From positions 27,218,001-27,282,000 of the forward strand of contig OX442314.1 of assembly GCA_949358305.1 (NCBI GenBank): 64,000 bases of DNA. The letters are read 5' to 3'. Position 1 is the first letter of the stretch. Every line of letters starts with the position of its first letter. Under the pieces are notes generated by a model. That model saw only the letters and a list, made by a program, of their open reading frames with translations, searched no databases and was not told where the DNA came from. This DNA comes from Strigamia acuminata. Its lineage: Eukaryota. This document shows, in pieces, positions 14,011 to 25,700 of the stretch. Both the position numbers and the translations under genes were made by a program.

Positions 14011-14775
14011 CAGGGTGTCCTAAAAGTCTGGTTCCCTCCAAATATTTCCTGAGAAATTGCATCTAGGCCAACTTTGATGAAGCGATCGTATAGGAAGTTG
14101 GGTGAAAGCAATCCAATGACGTTATCAAATTTGACCTTGAAGGTGATTTTCAAGGTCATTCACTTGCTAACTTCTAAACCAATCAGGTTAGAGCAAAAAA
14201 GTCAATTACAAAGTTGTAGAGCACCATCAAATTAGTACTATCCAATTTATCTTTGTCATCTTAAGTTAAATCTTTTCTTTTTAAAAAGGAGACAAATCAG
14301 CTGAAATAAAGTCAGCCATTGTGACAAAACTTAAATTTCTATTAGAAGAATACTGAATTACTTAAATAAAGGTATTCAAATGTGCATTATTATGCAAGTA
14401 AACAAGAAAAACCATTGCCTTTTTTTAATGCCTCAATAATTAGTTTATCACAAGAATAAAAAATTTCACTTTGTGGATTTTTTTTCTGATTTGCCTCCTT
14501 TTTAAAAAGAAAACATTTGACTTAAAATGACTAAAATAAATTGGATAGTACTAATTTGATGGTGCTCTACAACTTTGTAATTGACTTTTTTGCTCTAAGC
14601 TGATTGGTTTAGAAGTTAGCAAATAAATGACCTTGAAAATGACCTTCAAGGTCAAATTTGATGACATCATTGGATTGCTCTCACCCAAGTTCCTATATGA
14701 TCGCTTCATCAAAGTTGACCTAGATGCAATTGCTCAGGAAATATTTGGAGGGAACCAGACTTTTAGGACACCCTG
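14011..14775. mobile_element. Tc1/mariner-type fold-back MITE (765 bp)
   Basis: TA|CAGGGTGTCCTAAAAGTCTGG...CCAGACTTTTAGGACACCCTG|TA; inverted arms of roughly 300 bp. Confidence 0.88.
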
Positions 14776-15302
14776 TATAATCTGTTATAATCTATGGGCA
14801 CTTGGAAAGACCGTATAGCTTGTTACTCACACTAACAAGCCAGAGAAAAACGAACTGCTGGATTCTAAGGAATCCAATCCGGGAGTTGGAGTTCTGGATT
14901 TTTTGTTGGAGTCTTAAGAAACACAAGTGGTAGTACATCTGACCTGTGGAGTGGCTGAAGCACGCTCAGTGTTCACAATGATCAAATGCAGCTCCACATG
15001 TCAAATAAACATTTCAATTGATTCAAATAGATACAGTAAAGGAACCGGTTTAAGTTAGGCATTTAGATTCTGGTCTCTGACTATAGGAGAGTTTTTTTTA
15101 TAACAGTACACATAAATGCCACACAATTTTGTGCACATTTAAGAAGTTTTTTTGATAGAGAAAAGTTATAGTCACAGGGGCCATTAGCTAAGGAGCCATT
15201 GGAATTCTAGGAATGCTGGGCTCTCCAGATAGTTAAATAATAAGGGCCGCCCTCTTGAAAGCATGTTCTACTGTGCTGTTAGCTATGGAATGTAACTAAA
15301 GG

Positions 15303-15480
15303 ATGATTGGCTAATAGAACTAAAAGTTGATTGGCTAATAGAACTGAAAGTTGATTGGCTAATAGAACTAAAAGTTGATTGGCTAATAGAACTAAAAGAT
15401 AATTGTCAATAAAACTAAAAGTAGATTGAACAATAAAACTAAAAGTTGACTGATCAATAAAACTAAAAGATGATTGGTTA
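15303..15480. repeat. 24-bp minisatellite (TTGATTGGCTAATAGAACTAAAAG)
   Basis: About 7 tandem copies. Confidence 0.9.
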
Positions 15481-15660
15481 CCGTACTTTCGGGTTCTAAT
15501 AGTCGCCGGGGTCCGTTTAACCGCTGGTGGGTCAGCAGCGATTGAGGGAATTAGCCCGATTAAGCGACTGGCTTCAAATAGGCGCCAGGGGGAGTTGGTT
15601 CGGAAAAATTAATAAACGCTTCGGCGATTATTTGAGGCAGTGATTTATGTTAAAAACACT

Positions 15661-16207
15661 AGGCGCATTCAATAACTCCAAAACGATCGTTTAAACCCGT
15701 TTGCACGAACTTTTAAACGAGATTCTCGTTTAAAAGCTCGTTTAAATGGGTTTAAACGAGCTGAAAATAAACGACTGTTTTAGGTTGTTTAAATCTCCGT
15801 GTAACGAGTTTTCTCGTTCAAATTGCACATTTTGGCCGCCATCTTGGATCTCCGTTAGATTGGTCGCGACGATTGGAGATGTAAGTACAATTTTGCAGCT
15901 GTTATTATTTTTTTATGGTGAATGATGATAATAATCATCACCATAGTTATAATTAGGGCTTGAAACAAAATAAAAATGCAAGGAAAGAAAAATTACGAAA
16001 CGAAATACCCGTATGCGACATGTAGCGGGAATTCCGACCTACGGTAGATCTTGATCTGGAATCCCAAGTCAAGTTTGGCAGTTGGTTAAACAATGTGGTT
16101 AAACAATCGTTTATTTGCTAAATAAACGATTACATTCAGAAACGAGGCTTTTTGTGTAAAAATTCGTGCGAGACGAAAATTTACACGAAAAGTTATTGAA
16201 TGCGCCT
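15661..16207. mobile_element. MITE, ANT-TSD family
   Basis: ACT|AGGCGCATTCAATAACT...AGTTATTGAATGCGCCT|ACT. Related copies at 23068-23458 and about 44941-45046. Confidence 0.8.
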
Positions 16208-18503
16208 ACTGTTGAGATGCTGTAACCAGACTTAGTCTCTGCAATAATTACTAACAATGTTTAGGGGTAAAATAAATACAAGATAAGTGTAATAAAATAT
16301 CACAATGAAACTTTATTCGGTTTTATACAATAGTTAATAAACTAAACTAATAATGAATGAAATGAATAATGAAATGTGTATATTGGTTGTTGTAAGCGAA
16401 AATGGCGGAAACGTTGTTTCCCTCCAAAAACTCACTCAGGCGGCGATGGCTGACTCCGGAAACGCTCACGACTATATGTACCAGGCCACAATTTGGAGCT
16501 TTACGGTACCGGTATAGTCATAGTTATTGACATTTTTATGAATCCATAGATTCTCACAAAAATGGTGGATGTAAAGTGCTGTAGTAATCGTCCTAGGCTT
16601 AACAGAGTTGATGCCAGCAATCTATTATTAAAGATAATTAGTATTTTCACTGTGAGGACATAATGAAATGTGATAAGTTGATTAGCTTTAGTTACATTCT
16701 TGCGAATGGAAAGTGACAGTGCTATCAAAGTTCATTTGTGAAGCGGATGGTAAATGTTCACATTAGATTCTTGTCTTGCTTGTTTTAAGTGACAAATTTG
16801 CTACAGTCATTGTTTTGTGAACATAGAGAAATGCAATTTATCGCGTTTTTGAAAATATCTTTACAAAATGTCTTCCTCGTAATGAAATTGGAGTTAAAAA
16901 GAGTAAAATGTGCTTGTAGTTTTTATGGATTGAATGCACCTATTATAAATGCTCTTTAGTTGACTTTATTTTATGAAATTGGAGGTGTGGGAAAAATTAT
17001 CAGTTTTTAGGGGGGGGGGGGGCTTCGGCGTTTCATTTGAGAATGTGAAAGTGAAAATAAAAAAGAAAGCGTGGAAGTTGTCGTGAATTCAAATCGTGTT
17101 TCAGCGGTTGACAAAGGTGAGAAAAAAAATGCAAGTTAATGCATTTAATGAAAATTGAAAAGTTTTTGACATTTTTTAAAACTGCTATTTTAATGAACAG
17201 TAATTAGGAAAAATTGCCTTAACAACTCATTTCGCTATTTTTTTTTAAATTGTAAATTAAATGGTCAAAAAAACAGATTGCTGTGCTTGGAATGTAAATT
17301 AAGGTCTTTAGGTACTAAGTAATTTAATTTAGAATGTTTATATTCTTGTTTATTTGTTATGATAACATAATCTAAATTAATTATTTTTCTGTGCTAAATT
17401 TAACTTTTTGCACATGAAAACACACATGTCTAAAATTGTTTATTGCACAAAATTTTTAACATGGAGTTCTATGGCCAGCCAACTAACCAAGCCATTTTTA
17501 AGCATTTGTTATCACAAGAAATTCGTTATATTGCGGTTCGTTATAATTATAAATAACGAGGTTCGACTGTAGGGCCATTTCTAGAAATCCATGAATAAGA
17601 GCCGCGGCTTTTATTTTAAGTCGCCTATTTATTGCTACCACAATTCAAGGGCGACTCTTAATTGTAGTTGTAGCTGAGATTTGTGTTTAATGTTCGTTTT
17701 ATGTTTGTTTTACGTCAAACATAATGAACATTTTATATAAATGTGTGCGTAAAACAAACGTAATGTATCCTTTGTTAGATAAAATGATTTTAATGACGTT
17801 AATGGTGCTCTAAACCCAATATTTCAGTTTTAGGAAAACCCAATATTTAATGTCTGTATGTTGATGCTAAATTCTTACTGCGCATCCTATTCTACGCAGA
17901 CGATTTTCTAATTCCAGTTATTTAGCAGTATTAAGCTTAATATTAGGCCTAATAATTCTAAGATAAAGTAAATAAACAACGATAAACTCATTATTAAAAG
18001 TAATTTACAGCGAAGTACCAAAATGTTTTTATTTATTTACCGTTTGGACCCGCTGCTTCTCAGAGCGGTCCGGGCGCGTAACAATATTAACTCCCTTTAA
18101 GTGGCATGCTGCTATAAGTGAAATTACCAACATTTAGAAAAGGTCGCAAAAATGCCGGTATAATCGGGGTTTACAGGCACTCTAGCAGCATGCCAATTAA
18201 AGCGAGGTAATACCTTGAACGAAGGATAACATGGACACGTATCTGTGATTCGTTGTTCTGTGCGCTGATTGGATGACAGCAATCACGTGTCATTCATTGC
18301 TTGCCAACCAAGCATGTTTGTTACCTGTTTTCATCCCAGAATACAGAGCAGTTACATATTACGTGGCGCCATCAGTGGCAAAACGCACTGAACATGTGGA
18401 TACGTGTCTAAGTCATCCTTGGTTTGTGGTAATGCGGTATATACAATTTGCTGCAATCAACCGTTATTACAATTCAAGTGCAACTCTTAAGTATGGAAAT
18501 ACT

Positions 18504-18651
18504 AGCTGCATTCAAAAACTCTAAAACGCCTCTAAAACTCGTTTTGAGTCTGTACATTTGACGTCATTCCCATGTTGTTCAATGGGAATGACGTCACAAG
18601 TACAAACACGAAATGAGTTTTGCATACGTTTTAGAGTTTTTGAATGCAGCT
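18504..18651. mobile_element. MITE, ANT-TSD family
   Basis: ACT|AGCTGCATTCAAAAACTCTAAAACG...CGTTTTAGAGTTTTTGAATGCAGCT|ACT. Related to 1290-1399 and 38117-38276. Confidence 0.8.
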
Positions 18652-18919
18652 ACTGTATTTGTTGCGAGAAAGAGTGTGCAGATAGGAAGTTTTCAGTTGG
18701 GTTATGGCATCAAGATACTGCGTGTAGACTAGTGGCACCCTGTGCAGAATGCACGATTTGAAGGCCAAACCGTAAGTGCTAATCGTACATCCAGAAACTT
18801 CTTACCGTAATACATAATAAACATCAATCTGTCTTTTTGTTCTACCCTGATTTATGTTTTAAAGTGGCTCAAAAAACGAAACCGGCTTCTATCCCAGAGG
18901 AGTTGAATCCAGACACCCC

Positions 18920-18972
18920 GGTAGAGCACCTGTCCTGCAAGCGGGAGATCTGGGTTCAACTCCCAGCTCGCT
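18920..18972 (+). pseudogene. tRNA-derived fragment (Ala-TGC-like pseudogene or tRNA-SINE head)
   Basis: GGTAGAGCA, anticodon arm CCTGT-CCTGCAA-GCGGG, T-arm CTGGG-TTCAACT-CCCAG. The 5' acceptor half is missing. Confidence 0.55.
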
Positions 18973-20757
18973 ACTCTTCTGCGGCCGGGGCCATTTCATT
19001 CTTTCAATCACTTAAAATGTTAAATTTTAGATGAAATAAATGAACTATGTGAAATGGTAGTGGAATTTGACGGATGACCAAAATCAATTGTGCAATCAGT
19101 ATGCTGGTCTGTTTGACCAATAGGGTAATTCCCAAAATTAAGCTCTAAGAAATCCATGGAAATGAAAGTGACCAGTGGCGGTTTACCCTTAAAGCACATT
19201 GGGCAAGTGTTTAGGGTTCGGGGCTCCCTAAGGTCCTGAACTTCCATCTTCTTTAAAATAGACTACCGTATTTTACGAACCATAAGATGCGCTTTTTTAC
19301 TTTGAAAAGTGGACCAACAGTTTGGGGGGGGGGTGTCTTATGGTCCGAACAGTAGTTGCATTCAAAAACTAAAATATTTTGTGTTTCACTTCAATTTTAA
19401 ACCAAAAATGACATCATTTCCTGTTTAAAACCATGTTAAAACTTAAAATACACTTAAACCAAAATTGTTATTTTTATTTTTGAATGCAGCTCGCGTAACG
19501 TCCATCATATGTTACACCGTTATTTTGGTTAATCTGTTCAATTTTTGTCTAAAACTGAAACTTCTATGCAACTGACACTGTGACATCTAAAATATGCCCT
19601 TTTTGTACCGGTCCGACGATGGGGGGTCCACAAGGTGCCCCAGAGGTTCCTAATCTGCAAATCATGACTTTGCAAATCCGGTCCCCCAATTTTCTAGATT
19701 GTCGGCTGCTCCCTGCAACGTGCACGCTACCCTGGTATGCAGATGGCATGATGTCATACACAGTCGGGGGTTGCCACTAGCAGAAGTGCTTTTGCTAAAG
19801 TGCAGGGAAGCTTAAATTATTGTTCACCTGGAAATGTCAAGCGGCAGAAAATTGCAGATCCAATATCCCATGAGGTTTTTCTTCGAAAGAAACCCCGAAT
19901 GTTCCGTTGAAAACACCTAATTCTATAATCCGGAAGGCTGCAAAGGTTAAAAATTACCATCAGCATGTTTTCCCCTCGTCTGCATGATAAGGAGTCTAAT
20001 AAAAGAACAAAAATGGCCGCCCACTTTGCTGCTGGGTTTTTGGACTATTTTTATTGCCCCATTTAATGCATACCGTATCTGAAGTAGTTTGCAGATAATT
20101 TTCTGCAGTGTGCGAACTGGTGAGAGAGCGGAAACACGATGATAAGCATCTGAATGTTATGTGGGTGCTTTTTATCATTTCTGGGAAATGCAGCTTCTAA
20201 ATTCAATAGACACTATGTACTGTTGCTTCCTCCAGAGACAAATTGAAGGAAAAATGAGATGATAATCCGTGGTACGGGCACTTGTGTTTGTATTTTGTTT
20301 TATTTGCAATTCTATTGGGCTAAAGGAGGGAGAATCAGCATAAATGAAACGCACCCCTAACCGCAAAGGGAGACAGAAAACGACCGGGATTTGCATTAAG
20401 GGAATTGCTTTAGTTGCTTGTTCTATCACTAGGGTGTTGCAATGCTGTCTCTGCATTTTTTTTTTTTTTTTTTTTTTTTGAAAATGATATATTTTTTATT
20501 TAGATTTGTTTCATTGAGTATTTTAATTGGTAACAAGGTTAAGTCTTAACTTTTAATGAAACTATCAGCTTTAGGATGAACACGGAGGTGACTGCAAGGT
20601 CAAAAAGCTTTGTTTTATTAAATGTGGATTAATTTGTATGTTTGCAAGCCGGAAACTGCATTATATCTTAATAGAAAGTTACCCCAAGTGTGCGCTGAAA
20701 CAAAATAAATCAACTACAGTCAATCCTGTTATTTATAAGGTTTTTGGTGTCGGTTTA

Positions 20758-21668
20758 GGGGCCGTTCATAAATGGGATCAAATTATTGAAACCCCCAAAA
20801 TAATTGAAAAATTACCCAAATCTATTTAATTGCACACCAACTATTTACACACTATTTTTATTTATCGGACCCCCCATTTGTAGTAACAACCCCCCCCCCC
20901 CCCCCCGAAAATATTTATTTCTACACTGTTTAGTTAAACACTTTTTTCTTTGATGTTTCCACCAAATATTAAATATCCTCGGTTTTATGTTTGTAACGCC
21001 AGTGTGGCCTTAGATGGCCTACCCCGTTTGCGCTTATGCCCAATTGGAACATTCTTGGCCTTTGGTGGCACTACTAGAAAGCCCTCTTTTATGGCTATTC
21101 CAAGAGTATGCTTGCAAACATATGTTTTATAGAATGTTGGGCAAGTACAAGTGGCTTCATCCCATTTGTCCCCAGCACTATTGGTTGACTCCAGACCATT
21201 GTTTGTGCAAGGAGAGCCCAGACAATGACCAACATGCCATGTAACGCTAATTTTTGGATCTTTAGACCCCGCCCCTCTCCTCTGTAACAAGGTCATAAGA
21301 AATCCACAAACCCACAAATTACGTAACAAAACTAATCACCCCCCCCCTCCAATTTTGATCTACGGTATATTAAATACAAATTTAGTGGTTTTCAATTTTG
21401 TTTTTAAAAAATGATTATTGTTAAAAGTTTATACATTTTCACACTTACATTTTTGTTAATAATTGTTAAAATGAATATTTCGACTTTAAACTTCATCTTC
21501 CCAAGAAAAAAAAAAGAATAATAAATCATGAAGCAATTATTTAATAAAATTTTCAATAAGTTACGTAAAATTATTGCGAACCACCCTCTCCCCTGTCGTA
21601 ACAACCCTTAACAAAATTTGAACTTCCCTCTCCCCCCCTAAGGCGTTACGTAATTTATGGACGGCCCC
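20758..21668. mobile_element. TTA-flanked TIR element/composite carrying a SWIM-finger transposase fragment
   Basis: GGGGCCGTTCATAAAT / ATTTATGGACGGCCCC with TTA on both sides. Another copy of the right end lies at about 52545-52578. Confidence 0.6.
20985..21160 (-). pseudogene. C-terminal fragment of a MULE-type transposase (SWIM Zn finger + RKRGRP)
   Basis: CTCPTFYKTYVCKH (CxCx7CxH) followed by KRKRGRP, typical of animal Mutator-like transposase C-termini. No catalytic domain upstream. Confidence 0.65.
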
Positions 21669-22563
21669 TTATTTACTTTTTGTCTCGCCGAAAACACATC
21701 AAAAAACTCCTATTTGCATTACTCTGAAATTTACTGGAGCTATTCACAACAACAATCGGCGAATAATTGTACATTTGGCAACGAAAAAAAGACATCATAT
21801 ATTTACTTTTGAGCTCCGTTTATAGAAACATTAATAATCCAATGCTCGAAAAGAACCGGTATTTACTTTAAGCGAGTTTGCTGTAAAGCCGTAAGTTCTC
21901 CAGCAAAGACCAACTGAGACAATATATGAACGACGTAGGTTGTGTTAAAAAATTAAAACCACAATTACAATAGTGAATAATTTATCTTTTTATAAGTATA
22001 TACGGTTCTGTTCTAGATAAAAGCAAAGAAATTCATAATTGAAATCTCTATTTACTTTTTTCTTTTAATACCGGATTTTCTAATTTGTTATTTCTATCAT
22101 GCCTCGCTTTCATTAGCCATGTGAAATGCAGCTTTGGCAGTTTAATTACTCTGCCACCAAGTTTCATCTCTTCTTTTCCCTTTTTTGCGACTTAAAAAGT
22201 TTCAACAAAAGGCTTTACCAAGTTTAGATTCTTAATTTTTTTTTTGTCTCAACAATAGCTGTTGTGTCTGGTTGCTAATGGCAACTAGACATCTTCATAA
22301 TATGCTGAGCTGTGCGCAATACTTCTATTGAAGGTGTCATACCAGGCTTTGTATGCAATCTGAGGTGAAACCCGAACCCGAAGGCAAACGCTTGGATATA
22401 ATTTTTGGGAGCATTTGATCTTGTTAGAATAAGGATTTGCTAATTCTGTTGATTAATGTTGATGTTTGTAGCGGTGAACGGCGGAAGTTTGCGAAGTATT
22501 AAATTCTTTTCTATTTTTGCAGTAACGATGCGACTCATATATAAAACAAGAAGAAAAGATTGA

Positions 22564-22701
22564 ATGGCGATGGAGAAATGGGCCCCAAGTCACAGGGCAG
22601 TGCCCTTTGTTTCCAAAAGAGCACCGCTCGTGCTACTAAACCCGTCGAGGAAAAGTCTACCTAAGATCCTGTATCGCCGTTTAGTGGCCAAAGTCTTTCA
22701 G
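22564..22701 (+). CDS. POMGNT1: First coding exon of POMGNT1 (cytoplasmic tail), about 23 kb upstream of the TM exon
   Basis: Acceptor tttttgcag at 22514-22522. ATG at 22564 gives [15 protein letters not shown]...AKVFQ, then CAG|GTAAGG in phase 0, joining [11 protein letters not shown] at 45685. Resembles human MDDWKPSPLIKPF...RRFCQ|TGAVLFLLVTV. Confidence 0.85.
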
Positions 22702-25700
22702 GTAAGGAAGTTTGTTGACTGTGGGTAAGAACAAGCAGTTTGAGCAATTCCGGCGGGGCTGTCGTTGAGGTAAATACCGCATCGGGTGCCATGATTTTTA
22801 GGATGCTAGCCTGTAAGGTGGAAGGAAGCGCTTTCAACGTGTAATTGAGAGTGCTTTTTTCTTTTAACACTGCTTTATTTTGATGAGTTTTTTGGTTTCT
22901 TTTTTTTAAGTGCAAGTGCTTTGCATTTGTGTTTATATTTATGTTTTAGAGCGGAGGCTGAAATTATTTTCGCAGTCGTAATTGCAGTAGTTTGCTGAAT
23001 GTTTGTGTTTTTTGTTAAATCTGAAACACAAACACTGGAGGAAGTGACATCATGAAACAAACACAGTAGGTGTGTTCAATTGGGAGAACGATTGTTGTTT
23101 TGTTAGGCCTAATCTCATTCGTAGTTATTTATAGCCCAAGCTAGTGGTAAATTTTCATCTAAATTTTTGTCTCCCACGAATTTTTTGACAAAATGTTTTG
23201 TTTCTGAATGTAATCGTTTCTTTGGGAAATAAACGATTGTTTAACTGCCAAACTTGATCTGGGATTCCAGATCTAAAGGAAATCCAAGATGGCTGCCAAC
23301 AAGAGCCGATTTAAACAAAAAACTCATTACACAGAGATTTAAACGACCTGTTTAGGTCGTTTATTTTCAACCTGTTTAAACCCATTTAAACGAGCTTTTA
23401 AACGAGAATCTCGTTAAAAAGGATTTAAACGACCGTTTATGAGTTATTGAATGCGCCCACTAATTATTGAATGCTTGTGCTGGCGTGTGCACTGCTGAGA
23501 TCTGGATGATTGTTTAACTGAGCTTGTGCAAATTGCAGCATAATTGGTTAAGTTAATGAAAAAAAGCACTACAATTTTTTGCTTGAAGTTAAGCCAAATG
23601 TGTCGTAAAAAAGCGTCCTATCTTGAAGTGAAAACGAGGTTATCAACCTTAAACATTTAAGCGGATTTATCTTATCCAATTTGAACGCATCTAATGTTAT
23701 AACGAAATCTTTAATAGAGTTTGCAGAATTGTACTTGTGGTTATAAAAACTCAAGTTATAAGCTTATAGTTTTTAACGGCATACTCCTAAGTATATTACT
23801 AAAGTCTGCTAGCATGATCGTGACCGAACTAACATTTCCTCCTACTGTACTAATCGGGCACTAAAAGACTGCTTAACATGTTTAATTATTTCTTCGATTT
23901 GAAGATGCCATCGATTGACGCACTCCATTTTTAGAGTTGTTAAGTGGGGAAAAGAAGTGTCTTAAATCAAATAAATGCGGTAAATTCGCAAAAGTATTGT
24001 GCTACCATTGGGTTAACACTGGTGCCTCATGGTTCTTTGAGGCCTTGAGCACTGGCATGAAATAGAAACTCTGTTTTTTTCTAAACTGAAGCTAAGTACA
24101 CATACATAAGACTTTCACAGACTCGGAATATTCAGAGTTTGAATTTTCAGGTTGTCACGCCGCAAACGAAATGATTCCGCCTGTGTGTTTGGCTGTCTTT
24201 TTCCGAGTGCGGAAATCGTTCGGTACACACAATCCTTGCACGTGTTGTAATTACAAATGGCGACCACTTTGTTGCGTTCCTGACGGTTCCAATTGAATTT
24301 TCACAACAACACTAAATTTATATTTAGTCACTATGGGATTTTTCCAATTGCAAGAGATCCCGGCGTTCACCTGTGGAAGCAGTTGAATGCCGTTTATAGG
24401 TCTTCTATCGGGTGGGTTAGCCGTTAAGTCGGTGTCTAGGGATTTGATCTCGAATAAAGGCTAGTTTAGTTATTTTAAATCAAACAGTTAATCAATTTAT
24501 TGAGCGTTAAGTACAGGTTCTATTGAAGAGAATGTTAATAAGATGGGTTCTATGAGGATAAGGTCGTCGGCGTAGAAGGCGACGTGCTCGAAGCAGCGCG
24601 GGACTCCTTCGGGCGGGAAAAAGCAGTGCAGAAATGGCGACTCGTCGCCGCGCAAATTCTGCGAAGTGAGAAAGGAAGCGTGAAGCCGAAAGACTTCACA
24701 AAGAGTGTCGGCTGTTAAGCCTGACAAGACGGGAAATCTTAGGTTAAACCCTAGATTGCAACGGGAGATTTCCGTTGGAGACAAGTAGTCAAACGGCGGG
24801 TACCGCCGATCGTTAAAACCTGACTGGAGATCCGCTGCAATCTGAATCGGAATCTTCGTCAACAGGTCGAGGAGCGGCGACGATGGCTCTGCTATCCTCG
24901 GCGGCTGGCTGGCGTCGATCTTCAACGACGTGGGCGCGTTGGTCTTCGGGCGGCGGCGGGAACGACGGTGGCTTGGGCCGTCGTGCGTCGTCTTCGCGGC
25001 TCGGAAAGTGATTCGTTTGAACGTTGGTTCAAACAAATCGGGTTGAAACTTGGCAAAACTCACGAGTCACGGACAAAACAGTGTTTTTGGTTGTGAACAA
25101 AGCTGTGTCGGTGTGAACGGTATGAGTGTGATGCAAAGAGTGAGTAATAATTCGAATTATTGCCCGGAATATGGCCGGAAAACGGCCAGTGCGCAGGCGT
25201 GGCGTGTGCCAAGGCACGCTTCAGCCCTAGCAACGGTGCAAAATTTGGGGATTGACTTAGCAACGCCCCAATCCAGGGCTCAAAATGCCAGGGCAGCCGT
25301 TACAGCTTCTGGGCCAATTGCCCAAAAGCGCAACAGGTGCCTGGCAAAAAACACAATTCTAATGATTATGGTTAAAATATAAATAATATCTTAAAAACGT
25401 GGTAGAAAAACTTCTCCACAAATGAAGTGAACATTTGAGATCGCAACACTTCCCCCCAATTAACTTTTACAATTTCTTGTTTGTTTTTTAGTTAATTACA
25501 ACACGATAAAATTTCTTTCTAAGTTTGATATAATGATAAGTCGAATTTATTTTATATAAAAGAAAATACATGCATTAAGAAAAACATTGGCGATTAAATG
25601 ATTGGATAAACTGATACATATGAAAGTAAACGTTTCTCGAAAAGACTTATTTTCGGGAACAACCAGATTTGTTTCTGTTCTCTGGCCGCAATCGGCCTAC

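Noticed and set aside
24497..25063. 188-aa ORF inside both LTRs (also 36481-37047)
   Set aside because: It starts at a GTG that is better read as a GTGAGT splice donor, has no internal ATG and no recognisable domain. Its presence twice only reflects LTR identity. Not fully excluded.
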